Shown here piece by piece: positions 18,701 through 27,614 of a stretch of 64,000 nucleotides of DNA. The position numbers and the translations under genes were made by a program. The stretch is from Clostridia bacterium (lineage in GTDB: Bacteria > Bacillota > Clostridia > Oscillospirales > CAG-272). Position 1 is the first letter of the stretch. Every line of letters starts with the position of its first letter. The DNA lies in contig JAGATD010000053.1 of the NCBI GenBank assembly GCA_017621415.1, positions 96-64,095 on the forward strand, written 5' to 3'. The notes under the pieces are model-generated. The model saw nothing but the letters and a program-made list of their open reading frames with translations, had not been told where the DNA came from and searched no databases.

Positions 18701-18943
18701 AATGTCCGTGAGATAATCTCAAAGATTCAGACTATGCGTAAGGATTCCGGCTTTGAGGTTATGGATAACATCAGAATTGCATTCTCCGGCAACGATACAA
18801 TTGCCGCTATCGCAGAGCGCAATGCTGATGAAATAAAGGATGAAACTCTTGGTGTTGAGCTTTCTGTAAATTCTACTCTTGCGAATGCTAAGGAGTGGAA
18901 CATTAACGGAGAAAAGGTTACAATTTCTGTGGAAAAAGCTTGA
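15785..18943 (+). CDS. ileS: Isoleucine--tRNA ligase
   Basis: PHIGH and KMSKS motifs. Start at MEIYEK after RBS AGGAGA. The ORF-track start at 15713 lies inside the T-box leader. Confidence 0.95.
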   Translation: MEIYEKVSTNLNFVEREKATRKFWEANKIFEKSIDIREGGENYTFYDGPPTANGKPHIGHVLTRVIKDMVPRYHTMKGRRVLRKAGWDTHGLPVELEVEKKLGIDGKDQIEAYGLEPFIAHCKESVWNYKEMWEDFSGTVGFWADMNDPYVTYTNDFIESEWWALKKIWDKGLLYKGFKIVPYCPRCGTPLSSHEVAQGYKTVKERSAVVRFKCVGEDAYFLAWTTTPWTLPSNVALCVNPSDTYCKVKAADGYTYYMAKALLDSVLGSLEREEGAPAYEILEEMKGIDLEGREYEALWACTAEAAAKQNKKAHYVTADNYVTMSDGTGIVHIAPAFGEDDNKVGRRYGLPFVQFVDGKGEMTKETPYAGLFVKKADAPILVDLDKEGKLFSAPKFEHDYPHCWRCNTPLIYYARDTWFIEMTKVRDRLIANNNTVNWIPENIGKGRFGDWLENVQDWGLSRNRYWGTPLNIWECECGHKHAIGSIEELKSMSDNCPENIELHRPFIDNVTLKCPKCGGTMKRVPEVIDCWFDSGSMPFAQWHYPFENKELFDSQFPANFISEGVDQTRGWFYSLMAISTLIFDCAPYKNVLVLGHVLDKEGQKMSKSKGNAVDPFEALEQYGADAIRWYFYSNSAPWLPNRFFGEAVVEGHRKFMGTLWNTYAFYVLYANIDGFDPTKYQLDKSTLSVMDKWVLSKLNTAVKKVDNYLENYKITEATRVLEEFVDGLSNWYVRRSRERFWVKDMPTDKVNAYLTLYTALVTIAKAAAPMIPFMAEDIYRNLVCSVDKNAPESVHLCDYPVADDMLIDAALEENMDEVIDIVVLGRACRNAAAIKNRQPVAKMYVSAEKTPDDSFISVIAEELNVKNVEFTDDVSDFTTYTFKPQLRTVGPKYGKYLGGIKNTLAELDGNKAYAELKANGSIKFTVNGDEIILEEADLLIDMTKKEGFESLSDRGVTVVIDKNLTPELIEEGNVREIISKIQTMRKDSGFEVMDNIRIAFSGNDTIAAIAERNADEIKDETLGVELSVNSTLANAKEWNINGEKVTISVEKA

Positions 18944-19113
18944 AATCGGTGAATTTTGGTGTCTTTTCCCGTTTTCGCCCTGACTCGACGTATGTGAATA
19001 CGCCTTCGGGTCGAAAAACAGAAAAATACGCTCAAAATTCCCTCGATTTCACAATCGACCATCGCAAATCGGTATAATTTCTCGAAATTGTAAAAAAAAA
19101 TATACAAAAACAG

Positions 19114-19137
19114 CCCCTGACCGTAAAAAGTCAGGGG
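19114..19137. terminator. Bidirectional terminator
   Basis: CCCCTGAC pairs with GTCAGGGG around an 8-nt loop; the site lies between convergent ileS and pflA. Confidence 0.7.
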
Positions 19138-19175
19138 TTTACTATGTCAAATCAAATAAAAAATTTGTTTCAAAA

Positions 19176-19934
19176 CTATTTTCTGCGCACTTCGCTTACA
19201 CCCTCAAGAATTTTCGCCCTGGCTGCATCCGCCTCGGCTTTTGTAGTGGGTGCAAGACCTTTCAGAGGGTAGGGGATTCCCAGCTCACGGTACTTTACCT
19301 CACCAAGGTTATGGTAGGGCAAAACATCAAGGGCTTTAAGATTTTTTAGCCCGCCGATAAATCTGCCAAGGGCTTTGAGCTGCTCGCTGTTATTTGTGTA
19401 GCCATTAACAACAACGTGGCGCACCCAGAGGGGAATTTCCTTTTTCTCCAGGTATTTAGCAAAGGCAAGAATCTTTTCGTTACCGTGACCTGTAAGAGTC
19501 TTGTGCTCTTCGGAATTAATATGCTTGATATCAAGCATTACAAGGTCGGTATATTTCATCATCTCATCTAACTTTTCAAGATAATTCTTGTTAGTCTCGG
19601 AGTATGTGATACCCGAGGTGTCAATACAGGTGTGAATACCTTTTTGCTTGCAAAGCTTGAAAAGCTCTGTGACAAACTCTATTTGTAAAAGAGGCTCGCC
19701 GCCTGTCACTGTTATACCGCCCTTTTTATAAAAGGCGCGGTTTTTGTTATATTCTGCGATAACCTCCTCGGGGGTTATCTCCTCTCCGCCGCGAGTTGCC
19801 CAGGTGTCGGGGTTGTGGCAGTAAAGACAGCGCATAGGACAGCCCTGTAAAAAAAGCACGTATCTTATTCCCGGTCCGTCAACTGTGCCGAATGATTCTT
19901 TTGAATGAATGTAGCCTCTGATTTTTTCGTTCAT
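19176..19934 (-). CDS. pflA: Pyruvate formate-lyase activating enzyme (radical SAM)
   Basis: GPGIRYVLFLQGCPMRCLYCHNPDTW. Confidence 0.9.
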   Translation of the reverse strand: MNEKIRGYIHSKESFGTVDGPGIRYVLFLQGCPMRCLYCHNPDTWATRGGEEITPEEVIAEYNKNRAFYKKGGITVTGGEPLLQIEFVTELFKLCKQKGIHTCIDTSGITYSETNKNYLEKLDEMMKYTDLVMLDIKHINSEEHKTLTGHGNEKILAFAKYLEKKEIPLWVRHVVVNGYTNNSEQLKALGRFIGGLKNLKALDVLPYHNLGEVKYRELGIPYPLKGLAPTTKAEADAARAKILEGVSEVRRK

Positions 19935-20015
19935 TTCGGTTCCTCAAGTGTTCTTTGTCTTTATTATAACACCGAGGGAAATAATAATCAAGAAGTTTTG
20001 TGCAAGAGGCAAAAA

Positions 20016-20189
20016 TTATTTTTCTTCTATTTCGGTCAATTTGTATTTTGGGTTTCTTACCAGTATACCCTCATCCTTTAAAACCAGCTCCACTTGGCTT
20101 TCCATCTTAAAAAGATTTCGCATTTCTTTTGGAATGACCAGCCGCCCCAAAGAATCAATTTCCTTGTTTATTCCTATTTCCTTATCCAT
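20016..20189 (-). CDS. AbrB/MazE/SpoVT-type DNA-binding protein
   Basis: 57 aa with the swapped-hairpin motif LGRLVIPKEMR. Start at MDKEIG after RBS AGGAGGA. Confidence 0.75.
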   Translation of the reverse strand: MDKEIGINKEIDSLGRLVIPKEMRNLFKMESQVELVLKDEGILVRNPKYKLTEIEEK

Positions 20190-20293
20190 GTCATCCTCCT
20201 GTGTAATATGTAGCACAAGATTTCTTATATCTTACATTTCTATTATAACTTGTTTATAATATATTTGTCAATACTTTGGTATGAGGTTTTTTT

Positions 20294-20521
20294 ATGAATG
20301 AGTATGGAACAATAAAAATTAAGCTTGATGAGCTGATAAAGAAAAAGGGAATAAGCAAAAACAAATTGAGCCACAAGGCAGAAATGCAAAGAACACAAAT
20401 TAATAATTATTGCAAAAACGAGATTACAAGGCTCGACACAGATGTTCTTGCGAGAATATGTACTGTCTTAGAATGCAGAATAGAAGATTTGATTGAATTC
20501 ATACCGCCAAAAAGCGAATAA
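20294..20521 (+). CDS. XRE-family helix-turn-helix regulator
   Basis: 75 aa with an HTH (ISKNKLSHKAEMQRTQINNY). It is divergent from the AbrB-like gene. Confidence 0.8.
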   Translation: MNEYGTIKIKLDELIKKKGISKNKLSHKAEMQRTQINNYCKNEITRLDTDVLARICTVLECRIEDLIEFIPPKSE

Positions 20522-20525
20522 AAAG

Positions 20526-20551
20526 CTCGGAGCATCAAGAAATGCTCCGAG
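20526..20551. terminator. Bidirectional terminator
   Basis: CTCGGAGCAT pairs with ATGCTCCGAG (10 bp), flanked by A and T runs. Confidence 0.75.
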
Positions 20552-20558
20552 TTCTTTT

Positions 20559-20801
20559 TTATATCTGATTGTGGAATGTTCTCGAGATAACCTCGTCCTG
20601 CTGTTCCTTTGTCAGCTTAATAAAGTTAACAGCATATCCGCTTACTCTTACGGTAAGCTGAGGATACTTTTCGGGATGTGCCTGAGCATCAAGCAGGGTT
20701 TCTCTTGTAAAAACATTAACATTCAGGTGGTGGCCGCCCTTTTCAACATAGCCGTCAAGAAGCGACACAAGGTTATCTATCTGATTTTCTGTTGCTGCCA
20801 T
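20559..20801 (-). CDS. Stand-alone glycyl-radical domain (C-terminal piece of PFL; GrcA-like)
   Basis: 80 aa. GGHHLNVNV...[16 protein letters not shown] carries the glycyl-radical signature RVSGYAV. Confidence 0.85.
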   Translation of the reverse strand: MAATENQIDNLVSLLDGYVEKGGHHLNVNVFTRETLLDAQAHPEKYPQLTVRVSGYAVNFIKLTKEQQDEVISRTFHNQI

Positions 20802-20843
20802 AATGTGTTCCTTTCTGTTGGATGAAATATTTTCAGGTGAAAA

Positions 20844-22943
20844 TTATTCTCTGTCAAGTCCCTCGAAGAGGGTGGGTGAAGAGCAGGCTCCGCTGCCGCA
20901 GTCAATGTCGACCTCAATGTCTCCTACAAAAATTCGGTCATCCTTGCCGAGAGCACCGGGAATGATAGAGAATGTGTTTGAAATACCGTCTTGCGCATCA
21001 CGGAAGGGAAGCTTTGCCACAGAGGCAAGAGATGCCACAGCACCGTGTGTATCACGTCTGTGCATAGGGTTAGCTCCGGGAGCAAATGCCTCACCGCGCT
21101 TACGTCCGTCGGGTGTTGCGCCTGTGTTCTTACCGTAAACTACGTTTGAGGTAATTGTAAGAACAGAGGTTGTGGGAATACTGTCTCTGTACGTCTGCTT
21201 CTTTCTTATATGGTTCATAAACATCTGGATAACATCGTAGGCGAGAGAGTCAACTCTGTCATCATCGTTTCCGTACTTGGGGAAATCGCCCTCAATTTCA
21301 AAGTCAACGGCAATTCCGCGCTCGTCTCTTATAGGCTTTACTTTAGCGTATTTGATAGCCGAGAGGGAGTCTGCAACAACAGAGAGTCCCGCAATACCGG
21401 TAGCAAACCAGCGGGTAACGTGCTTGTCATGAAGCGCCATTTGTATCTTCTCGTAGCAGTACTTGTCGTGCATATAGTGAATAATGTTAAGTGTGTTAAC
21501 ATAAACCTCTGAGAGCCACTTGAGCATTGCGTTATACTTGTTCATAACATCGTCAAAGTCGAGATATTCACCCTCAACCTTGCGGTACTCGGGGCCAATC
21601 TGCTTTCCCGAAATTTCGTCAACACCGCCGTTGATAGCATAAAGCAGGCACTTTGCAAGGTTGGCTCTTGCGCCGAAGAACTGCATCTCTTTACCTATCT
21701 TCATAGAAGAAACGCAGCAGGCAATAGCATAGTCGTCACCGTGGGTAAAGCGCATAAGGTCGTCGTTCTCGTACTGAACCGACGAGGTCTCGATAGAAAT
21801 GCGCGCGCAGAAGCGCTTGAAGTTCTCGGGAAGTCTTGTAGACCAGAGAACGGTAAGGTTGGGCTCGGGTGCGGCGCCAAGATTCTCTAAGGTGTGAAGA
21901 TATCTGTATGACATCTTTGTAACCATGTGGCGGCCGTCAACAGACATACCGCCGATAGACTCGGTAACCCACTGAGGGTCGCCTGAGAAGAGCGAGTTGT
22001 ATTCGGGAGTTCTTGCAAATTTCACAAGACGCAGCTTCATTATAAAGTGGTCAACAAGCTCCTGAATTTCACTCTCGGTGTAGGTGCCTCTGGCCAGGTC
22101 GCGCTCTGCGTAAATGTCAAGGAATGTTGAGGTTCTTCCAAGAGACATTGCCGCGCCGTTTTGCTCCTTAACCGCTGCGAGATAGCCAAAGTAGAGCCAC
22201 TGAATAGCCTCCTTTGTGTCCTTTGCGGGCTCGGAGATGTCAAAGCCGTAGGAGGCTGCCATTTTCTTCAGGTCCTCAAGGGCGCGTATCTGCTCTGAGA
22301 GCTCTTCTCTGTCACGGATGTTGTCGGCAAGCATGGTTGTACGCGATGTGTCCTTTTGCAGCTGCTTGTCCTCAATAAGTCTGTCAACACCGTAAAGAGC
22401 AACACGGCGGTAGTCACCGATAATTCTGCCTCTGCCGTACGCATCGGGCAGACCTGTTATAATATGGCTCGAGCGGCAGGCACGCATCTCGGGAGTGTAT
22501 GCGTCAAAAACACCCGCATTATGAGTCTTTCTGTGAATTGTAAAGAATTCCTTAACCTCAGGGTCTATCTCATAGCCGTTGTCCTTACAAGCCTTTTCCG
22601 CCATTCTTATACCGCCGTAAGGCATAAGCGCGCGCTTAAAGGGCTTGTCGGTCTGGAATCCGACAATTTTCTCCTTGTCTTTGTTGAGATATCCCGGACC
22701 GTGAGAGGTTATGGTAGAGATGATTTTGGTGTCCATATCAAGAACACCGCCTGCCTCTCTCTCTGCCTTTGAAAGCTCAAGAACCTGAGCCCAAAGCTCG
22801 TTTGTGCTTTCGGTAGGTCCCTCAAGGAAGCTCTCATCTCCGTCATAGGGCTTATAGTTATGGGTTATAAAGCTTCGAACGTGTACTTCTTTTTTCCACT
22901 TACCCTCTTCAAAGCCTTCCCAGCCAATGTAATCGGTTTTCAT
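20844..22943 (-). CDS. pflB: Formate C-acetyltransferase (pyruvate formate-lyase) core lacking the glycyl-radical domain
   Basis: 699 aa. It can be aligned to PflB from the N-terminus through the catalytic IACCVS to ...ALGKDD, then has 30 unrelated residues and a stop. Confidence 0.9.
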   Translation of the reverse strand: MKTDYIGWEGFEEGKWKKEVHVRSFITHNYKPYDGDESFLEGPTESTNELWAQVLELSKAEREAGGVLDMDTKIISTITSHGPGYLNKDKEKIVGFQTDKPFKRALMPYGGIRMAEKACKDNGYEIDPEVKEFFTIHRKTHNAGVFDAYTPEMRACRSSHIITGLPDAYGRGRIIGDYRRVALYGVDRLIEDKQLQKDTSRTTMLADNIRDREELSEQIRALEDLKKMAASYGFDISEPAKDTKEAIQWLYFGYLAAVKEQNGAAMSLGRTSTFLDIYAERDLARGTYTESEIQELVDHFIMKLRLVKFARTPEYNSLFSGDPQWVTESIGGMSVDGRHMVTKMSYRYLHTLENLGAAPEPNLTVLWSTRLPENFKRFCARISIETSSVQYENDDLMRFTHGDDYAIACCVSSMKIGKEMQFFGARANLAKCLLYAINGGVDEISGKQIGPEYRKVEGEYLDFDDVMNKYNAMLKWLSEVYVNTLNIIHYMHDKYCYEKIQMALHDKHVTRWFATGIAGLSVVADSLSAIKYAKVKPIRDERGIAVDFEIEGDFPKYGNDDDRVDSLAYDVIQMFMNHIRKKQTYRDSIPTTSVLTITSNVVYGKNTGATPDGRKRGEAFAPGANPMHRRDTHGAVASLASVAKLPFRDAQDGISNTFSIIPGALGKDDRIFVGDIEVDIDCGSGACSSPTLFEGLDRE

Positions 22944-23116
22944 TTTTTTGCTTTTCGCCTTTCTTTTATGATGTGCGGCTAGTATTCCCCAAAAAAAGGG
23001 TAAATATGATTAAGCCGTCGAAATGTCTGTCATTATATTATACAATATCAAGCTAATAAAGTCAATGAAAAAAGAAAGAAGTTTTTGATAAAAAGCGCAT
23101 TTTTACGGCCTTAAAT

Positions 23117-25984
23117 TTATGGGATAACCACGTCAGCATCACCGAAGCCGCTAAGGGCATCTTTGCCGCACACAACACAGAAGTCTGCACCGTCATTAAG
23201 CCCATCAAGAACATCAGCCACTCTGAACAAATCCTCGTAAGTGCAGCAGAGCATATTCGATATAAGCTTATTTTCTTTTTCCGCGCTCCAGCCTGTAATA
23301 AAGTCGGCAGCGGCCTGAGCGGCAGCGGTGCGCGGTGTTTTGATAATATCGTAATCTCCTACAGCTCCGATGATATATTTGGTTAAATCCGGGCTTGATG
23401 AGAGGAAATCTCTCAGGAACTTTGCGGCGCCCTTAAATATTCCAAGAGTTCTTTTGGGGTTTGGGTCTCTGTATGAGGATAGAATTATTCCGCCGTATCT
23501 GCGCGCCGTCATTGACGCACCGTATGCTCCGCCTATAACTCTTACCGCTCCCCAAAGATACTCATAGGAGAGAATGTTGGCTGCAACCTTAAATGCGCCG
23601 AGCATTTCCTTTGCCCTCTCAGAGCATATGCCCATAGCCGTGTGAGCAACTCTGATAGGCAAAACAATACATTCGCAGCGCGCCTGAGCCTTTGGTTGTT
23701 CTGCCCTTTCGCGTTTTTTGCCATCTGGGAACAGGGATATAATATCCTCGCAAAAGTCGGAGGGTGTATCTGCCGCAACAGAGAGCAACATATTGCTTTT
23801 TGTAAACAATCTTTTTGCAATAGACTCAAGCCTGTCAATAATTTTTTTGCTTTCCACATCAAAGTTGTTTTCAAGCTCCTTAAGACGCCTGTAAGCGGAA
23901 ATACCCATTATTTCCTCGTTTGATGCACCCGCATCCGAAAGGGCGCCCTCGATACGTTCGGTGACAATTCCGTCACCGCTTGCCAGCACAACATCCTCTG
24001 TTGCTGAGCGAATTTGGGTTAGAATCTCTTTGATTTTATCCGGATTATCGTAATGTGTTTTGAGGAGAACCTCCGAAACAAGTCTCTTTACAATATCCGC
24101 ATTCTCGCTTAGGGCGCTGACCTTGAGAAGCAAAAGCGGAATAGCTCCGCCACTTGTTACATCAGTATAGGATATTGACAGCGGGCTAAAGCTTCCAAGA
24201 TGGGTTTTGATTTCGTTTTTCAGCTCTCTTGCCGACATACTATCGGTGTCAAGATTTGTGAAAAGAGAGGTTAATAGCGACAGGTCTGTAAGCTCTTCTT
24301 TTTTTAGATTTTCTGCGAAAAAGTAAAGTTCTGTGTACAAAATTCCTTGTATATCCGCTTTGTGACGCAGAATTTTAACGCCATCAACCTCGGAAACAAC
24401 AGGACTTGTATCGCTGTTGTTCACTTTAATATCATCAAGTGTCAGAGCCGGTATTTTCGCAAGAGTCTCTTCTGTATCGGGTGTCGATTGCCATTCCTTA
24501 AGGTCGTTAGCCGCTGATATTACTGCTTTAATATCCCGCTCTGACATTCTTTCCCTTAGGGATTTTTGCCTTTCCAAAAGGCTTTTTGTCATTTCTGAGG
24601 GGGTATTGGTCGGAAGCAAAAGAAGAGACGCTCTGTGACGGGACTCCAAGGTGATTTCTAAAAGTAAGCTTTCATAGAAATCAGTCTTAATATACTCGTC
24701 AAGCCTCTCAAGAGTTTCCTCTGATGTAAGCAACTCGACAGGAGAAATGCCGTATTGCCAGCCCTCAAGAACAGACAGAGCATAGGCAACACCTCTGGGA
24801 AATGCGCCAAAATCTCTCTCTCTTTGTCTGAATTTCATTCTGCCTATGGTTGCTCTGAGAAGCTCCTTGTCTATACCGTCGGCCAAAATTTTTCTGATGC
24901 TCTCTTTAAGAAGCGCTGACAGGGTGTCTAAGTTATTTTCTTCTATTCCGTGAAGCTCAAGAGTAAGTGTGTTTAAAAGAGATTTGTTTGTGTAAACACC
25001 GACATCCTCGCAAAGTCCCGAATCAAGCAGTATTCGCTTTAATGGCGCTTCGTTTGAGCCAAGGAGCGCGTCAGAGAGCACAGCCGAGCCGAGAATCTTT
25101 TCTTTGTCAAAGGCGGTGGAAGCAACCGATGATATCATAAGCCGTGCCTTGCCGTCACCCTGCGCAGCCTCGTAATATATGCGCTCTGTAGGTAAAATTT
25201 TAGCTTTCGGTATATCGAAGCTGACTCTGTCGATAGTTTTGGTATACTCCGAAAGATAGGAGTCAATAAGACTTAGGGTTTTATCAAGATTTACCGAGCC
25301 GTCAATAATTATAAGAGCATTTTCGGGGCGGTAATATTTTTGGTGAGCCGCGCAAAAATCTTCATAGGTCAGGTCGGGTATACTGTCGGGTGAGCCGCCC
25401 GAGTCATATCCGTAAACAGAGCCGTCGAAAAGAAGCTTAGAAAGCTTTGCTCCGCCAAGCTCATCGGGAGAGGAGTAGGCGCCCTGCATCTCGTTAAATA
25501 CAACACCGCTGATGTTTAAGCTGTCGGTTTCTTCATCATATTCAAGATGGTGCCCCTCTTGCTCAAATATGCGCTTGTCCGAGAGCATAATGGGGTGAAA
25601 AACCGCATCAAGATACACATCTACCAGATTATAAAAGTCAGCTTCGCACCTAGAGGATACGGGATATACGGTTTTGTCCTCGTAGGTCATAGCGTTAAGA
25701 AATGTATTAAGCGACCCCTTGAGGAGCTCAACAAAGGGCTCCTTTACAGGGAATTTTTTCGAGCCGCAAAGCACCGAATGCTCTATAATGTGAAAGACTC
25801 CGGTGTTGTCGCTCGGAGGTGTTGCGAAGCTAATAGCAAAGGAGAGGTTGTTGTCCTCTCTTTCAATAAAGCAGAGCTTAGCTCCGCTCCTTTCGTGATT
25901 GAATATATTTATTTTCGCCGATATCTCGGGAGCGTCTTCTACCGAGACCGACACAAAGCCTGATATTTTTTTATTTGTTTTCAT
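23117..25984 (-). CDS. M16-family (insulinase/PreP-like) zinc metallopeptidase
   Basis: 955 aa with the inverted zinc motif HIIEH near the N-terminus. Confidence 0.85.
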   Translation of the reverse strand: MKTNKKISGFVSVSVEDAPEISAKINIFNHERSGAKLCFIEREDNNLSFAISFATPPSDNTGVFHIIEHSVLCGSKKFPVKEPFVELLKGSLNTFLNAMTYEDKTVYPVSSRCEADFYNLVDVYLDAVFHPIMLSDKRIFEQEGHHLEYDEETDSLNISGVVFNEMQGAYSSPDELGGAKLSKLLFDGSVYGYDSGGSPDSIPDLTYEDFCAAHQKYYRPENALIIIDGSVNLDKTLSLIDSYLSEYTKTIDRVSFDIPKAKILPTERIYYEAAQGDGKARLMISSVASTAFDKEKILGSAVLSDALLGSNEAPLKRILLDSGLCEDVGVYTNKSLLNTLTLELHGIEENNLDTLSALLKESIRKILADGIDKELLRATIGRMKFRQRERDFGAFPRGVAYALSVLEGWQYGISPVELLTSEETLERLDEYIKTDFYESLLLEITLESRHRASLLLLPTNTPSEMTKSLLERQKSLRERMSERDIKAVISAANDLKEWQSTPDTEETLAKIPALTLDDIKVNNSDTSPVVSEVDGVKILRHKADIQGILYTELYFFAENLKKEELTDLSLLTSLFTNLDTDSMSARELKNEIKTHLGSFSPLSISYTDVTSGGAIPLLLLKVSALSENADIVKRLVSEVLLKTHYDNPDKIKEILTQIRSATEDVVLASGDGIVTERIEGALSDAGASNEEIMGISAYRRLKELENNFDVESKKIIDRLESIAKRLFTKSNMLLSVAADTPSDFCEDIISLFPDGKKRERAEQPKAQARCECIVLPIRVAHTAMGICSERAKEMLGAFKVAANILSYEYLWGAVRVIGGAYGASMTARRYGGIILSSYRDPNPKRTLGIFKGAAKFLRDFLSSSPDLTKYIIGAVGDYDIIKTPRTAAAQAAADFITGWSAEKENKLISNMLCCTYEDLFRVADVLDGLNDGADFCVVCGKDALSGFGDADVVIP

Positions 25985-26176
25985 TTTTAGTCCTGCCTCT
26001 CTTATTCCATTTTATCATAACCTGTGGTTAAAGTCAATACGGAGCAAGGCGAATAAAACAATCACTCATTTATGATTGTTTCTCTTTTTTAGCGCCGCAT
26101 ATTGAAAAGTAACACAGTGTGTGTTAAAATTATAAATGTATGGCAAAATAATATCAAAATATTTTTGGGAGTTTTT

Positions 26177-27610
26177 ATGGTAGATGTACTTGTTATAGGC
26201 GCGGGCGTTGTTGGCGGAATGATAGCCAGAGAGCTTATCGGATACACCTCATCGGTTGTTATTGCCGAGGCGAGAGAGGATGTTGCCCTTGGCGCAACAA
26301 GAGCAAACAGCGCTATAGTTCACGCAGGCTTTGATGCCAAGGAGGGAAGCCTTAAGGCGCTCCTTAATGTTCGCGGTTCAAAGATGATGAAAAAAACCGC
26401 CGAGGAGCTCGGAGTCAAATATAAAAACAACGGCTCTTTGGTTGTTGGCTTTAGCGACGAGGACAGAAGCACTCTTGAAGAGCTTAAAATAAGAGGCGAA
26501 AGAAACGGTGTTCCGGGGCTTAAGCTTCTTACAAGAGATGAGCTTGTTAAAATTGAGCCTAACATCGGTGAAACTGTTAGCTGCGCTCTTCATGCTCCTA
26601 CAGGCGCAATAATCTGCCCCTATGAGCTTTGCATGGCGGCAGTTGGCTGTGCTATGGATAACGGAGCCGAGCTTAGGCTGAATTTCAAGGTTGCAAAGAT
26701 AGAAAAGAGCGAAAAAGGATATATCGTAACTGCAGAGAACGGTGAAACAGTAGAAGCAAAGTACGTAATAAATGCGGCGGGCGCTTACTCTGATGAGATA
26801 GCAAGGCTTGCGGGAGACGAGAGCTTCTCTGTTCATCCAAGACGCGGACAGTATATGCTTCTTGACAGGGACTCGGGCGATCTTGTAAGCCATACTGTAT
26901 TCCGCTGTCCCTCTAAAATGGGAAAGGGAATACTTGTTTCTCCAACTGTTGACGGCAACCTGCTTCTCGGTCCTACCGCAGAGGATATAGATGATAAAAC
27001 AGATACAAAAACCACTGCCGATTCGCTTGCAAAGATTAAAGCGAGCGCCCTTGAGCAGGTTAAGGGAATTAATTTCGGAAAGGTTATAACCTCATTCTCC
27101 GGACTTCGTTCGGTTGGCTCAACAGGAGACTTTATTATAAATTCTCCATTCGAGGGATTTATAAATGTTGCGGGAATTGAGAGTCCCGGTCTTTCTGCAG
27201 CTCCTGCCATTGCCGAGTATGTAAGAGATATGCTTATCTCTATGGGTGCGCCTCTTGCCAAGAGAGATGACTATAATCCTACACGAAGACCGGCTCATTG
27301 GTTCTCCGAGCTTTCTGTGGAAGAAAAGAACAACTTAATTGCCGAAAAGCCCGAGTATGCTAAAATTGTTTGCCGCTGCGAGCTGGTCACCGAGGGTGAG
27401 ATAAGAGATGCCATACGTACAAATCCTCCAGCGCGTGATATTGACGGAGTAAAGCGCAGGACAAGGGCAACAATGGGCAGATGCCAAGGCGGCTTCTGCA
27501 CACCGTATATTGTAGAAATTCTTGCCGAGGAGCTTGGTATAGACTATACCCGGGTTACAAAGTTTGGCGGCGAGTCTTATATTAATATTTCCAGAACTAA
27601 GGAGGTGTAA
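26177..27610 (+). CDS. FAD-dependent oxidoreductase, GlpA-like, with a BFD-like [2Fe-2S] domain
   Basis: VLVIGAGVVGG dinucleotide fold. C-terminal CRCE...GRCQGGFC. Confidence 0.8.
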   Translation: MVDVLVIGAGVVGGMIARELIGYTSSVVIAEAREDVALGATRANSAIVHAGFDAKEGSLKALLNVRGSKMMKKTAEELGVKYKNNGSLVVGFSDEDRSTLEELKIRGERNGVPGLKLLTRDELVKIEPNIGETVSCALHAPTGAIICPYELCMAAVGCAMDNGAELRLNFKVAKIEKSEKGYIVTAENGETVEAKYVINAAGAYSDEIARLAGDESFSVHPRRGQYMLLDRDSGDLVSHTVFRCPSKMGKGILVSPTVDGNLLLGPTAEDIDDKTDTKTTADSLAKIKASALEQVKGINFGKVITSFSGLRSVGSTGDFIINSPFEGFINVAGIESPGLSAAPAIAEYVRDMLISMGAPLAKRDDYNPTRRPAHWFSELSVEEKNNLIAEKPEYAKIVCRCELVTEGEIRDAIRTNPPARDIDGVKRRTRATMGRCQGGFCTPYIVEILAEELGIDYTRVTKFGGESYINISRTKEV

Positions 27611-27614
27611 TCAG

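Noticed and set aside
20790-20936. Group I intron, intein or translational bypass inside pflB
   Set aside because: At 147 nt the segment is too short for an intron or intein, and I could see no take-off/landing codon pair. An in-frame insert with one stop and a new RBS+ATG is the simpler reading.
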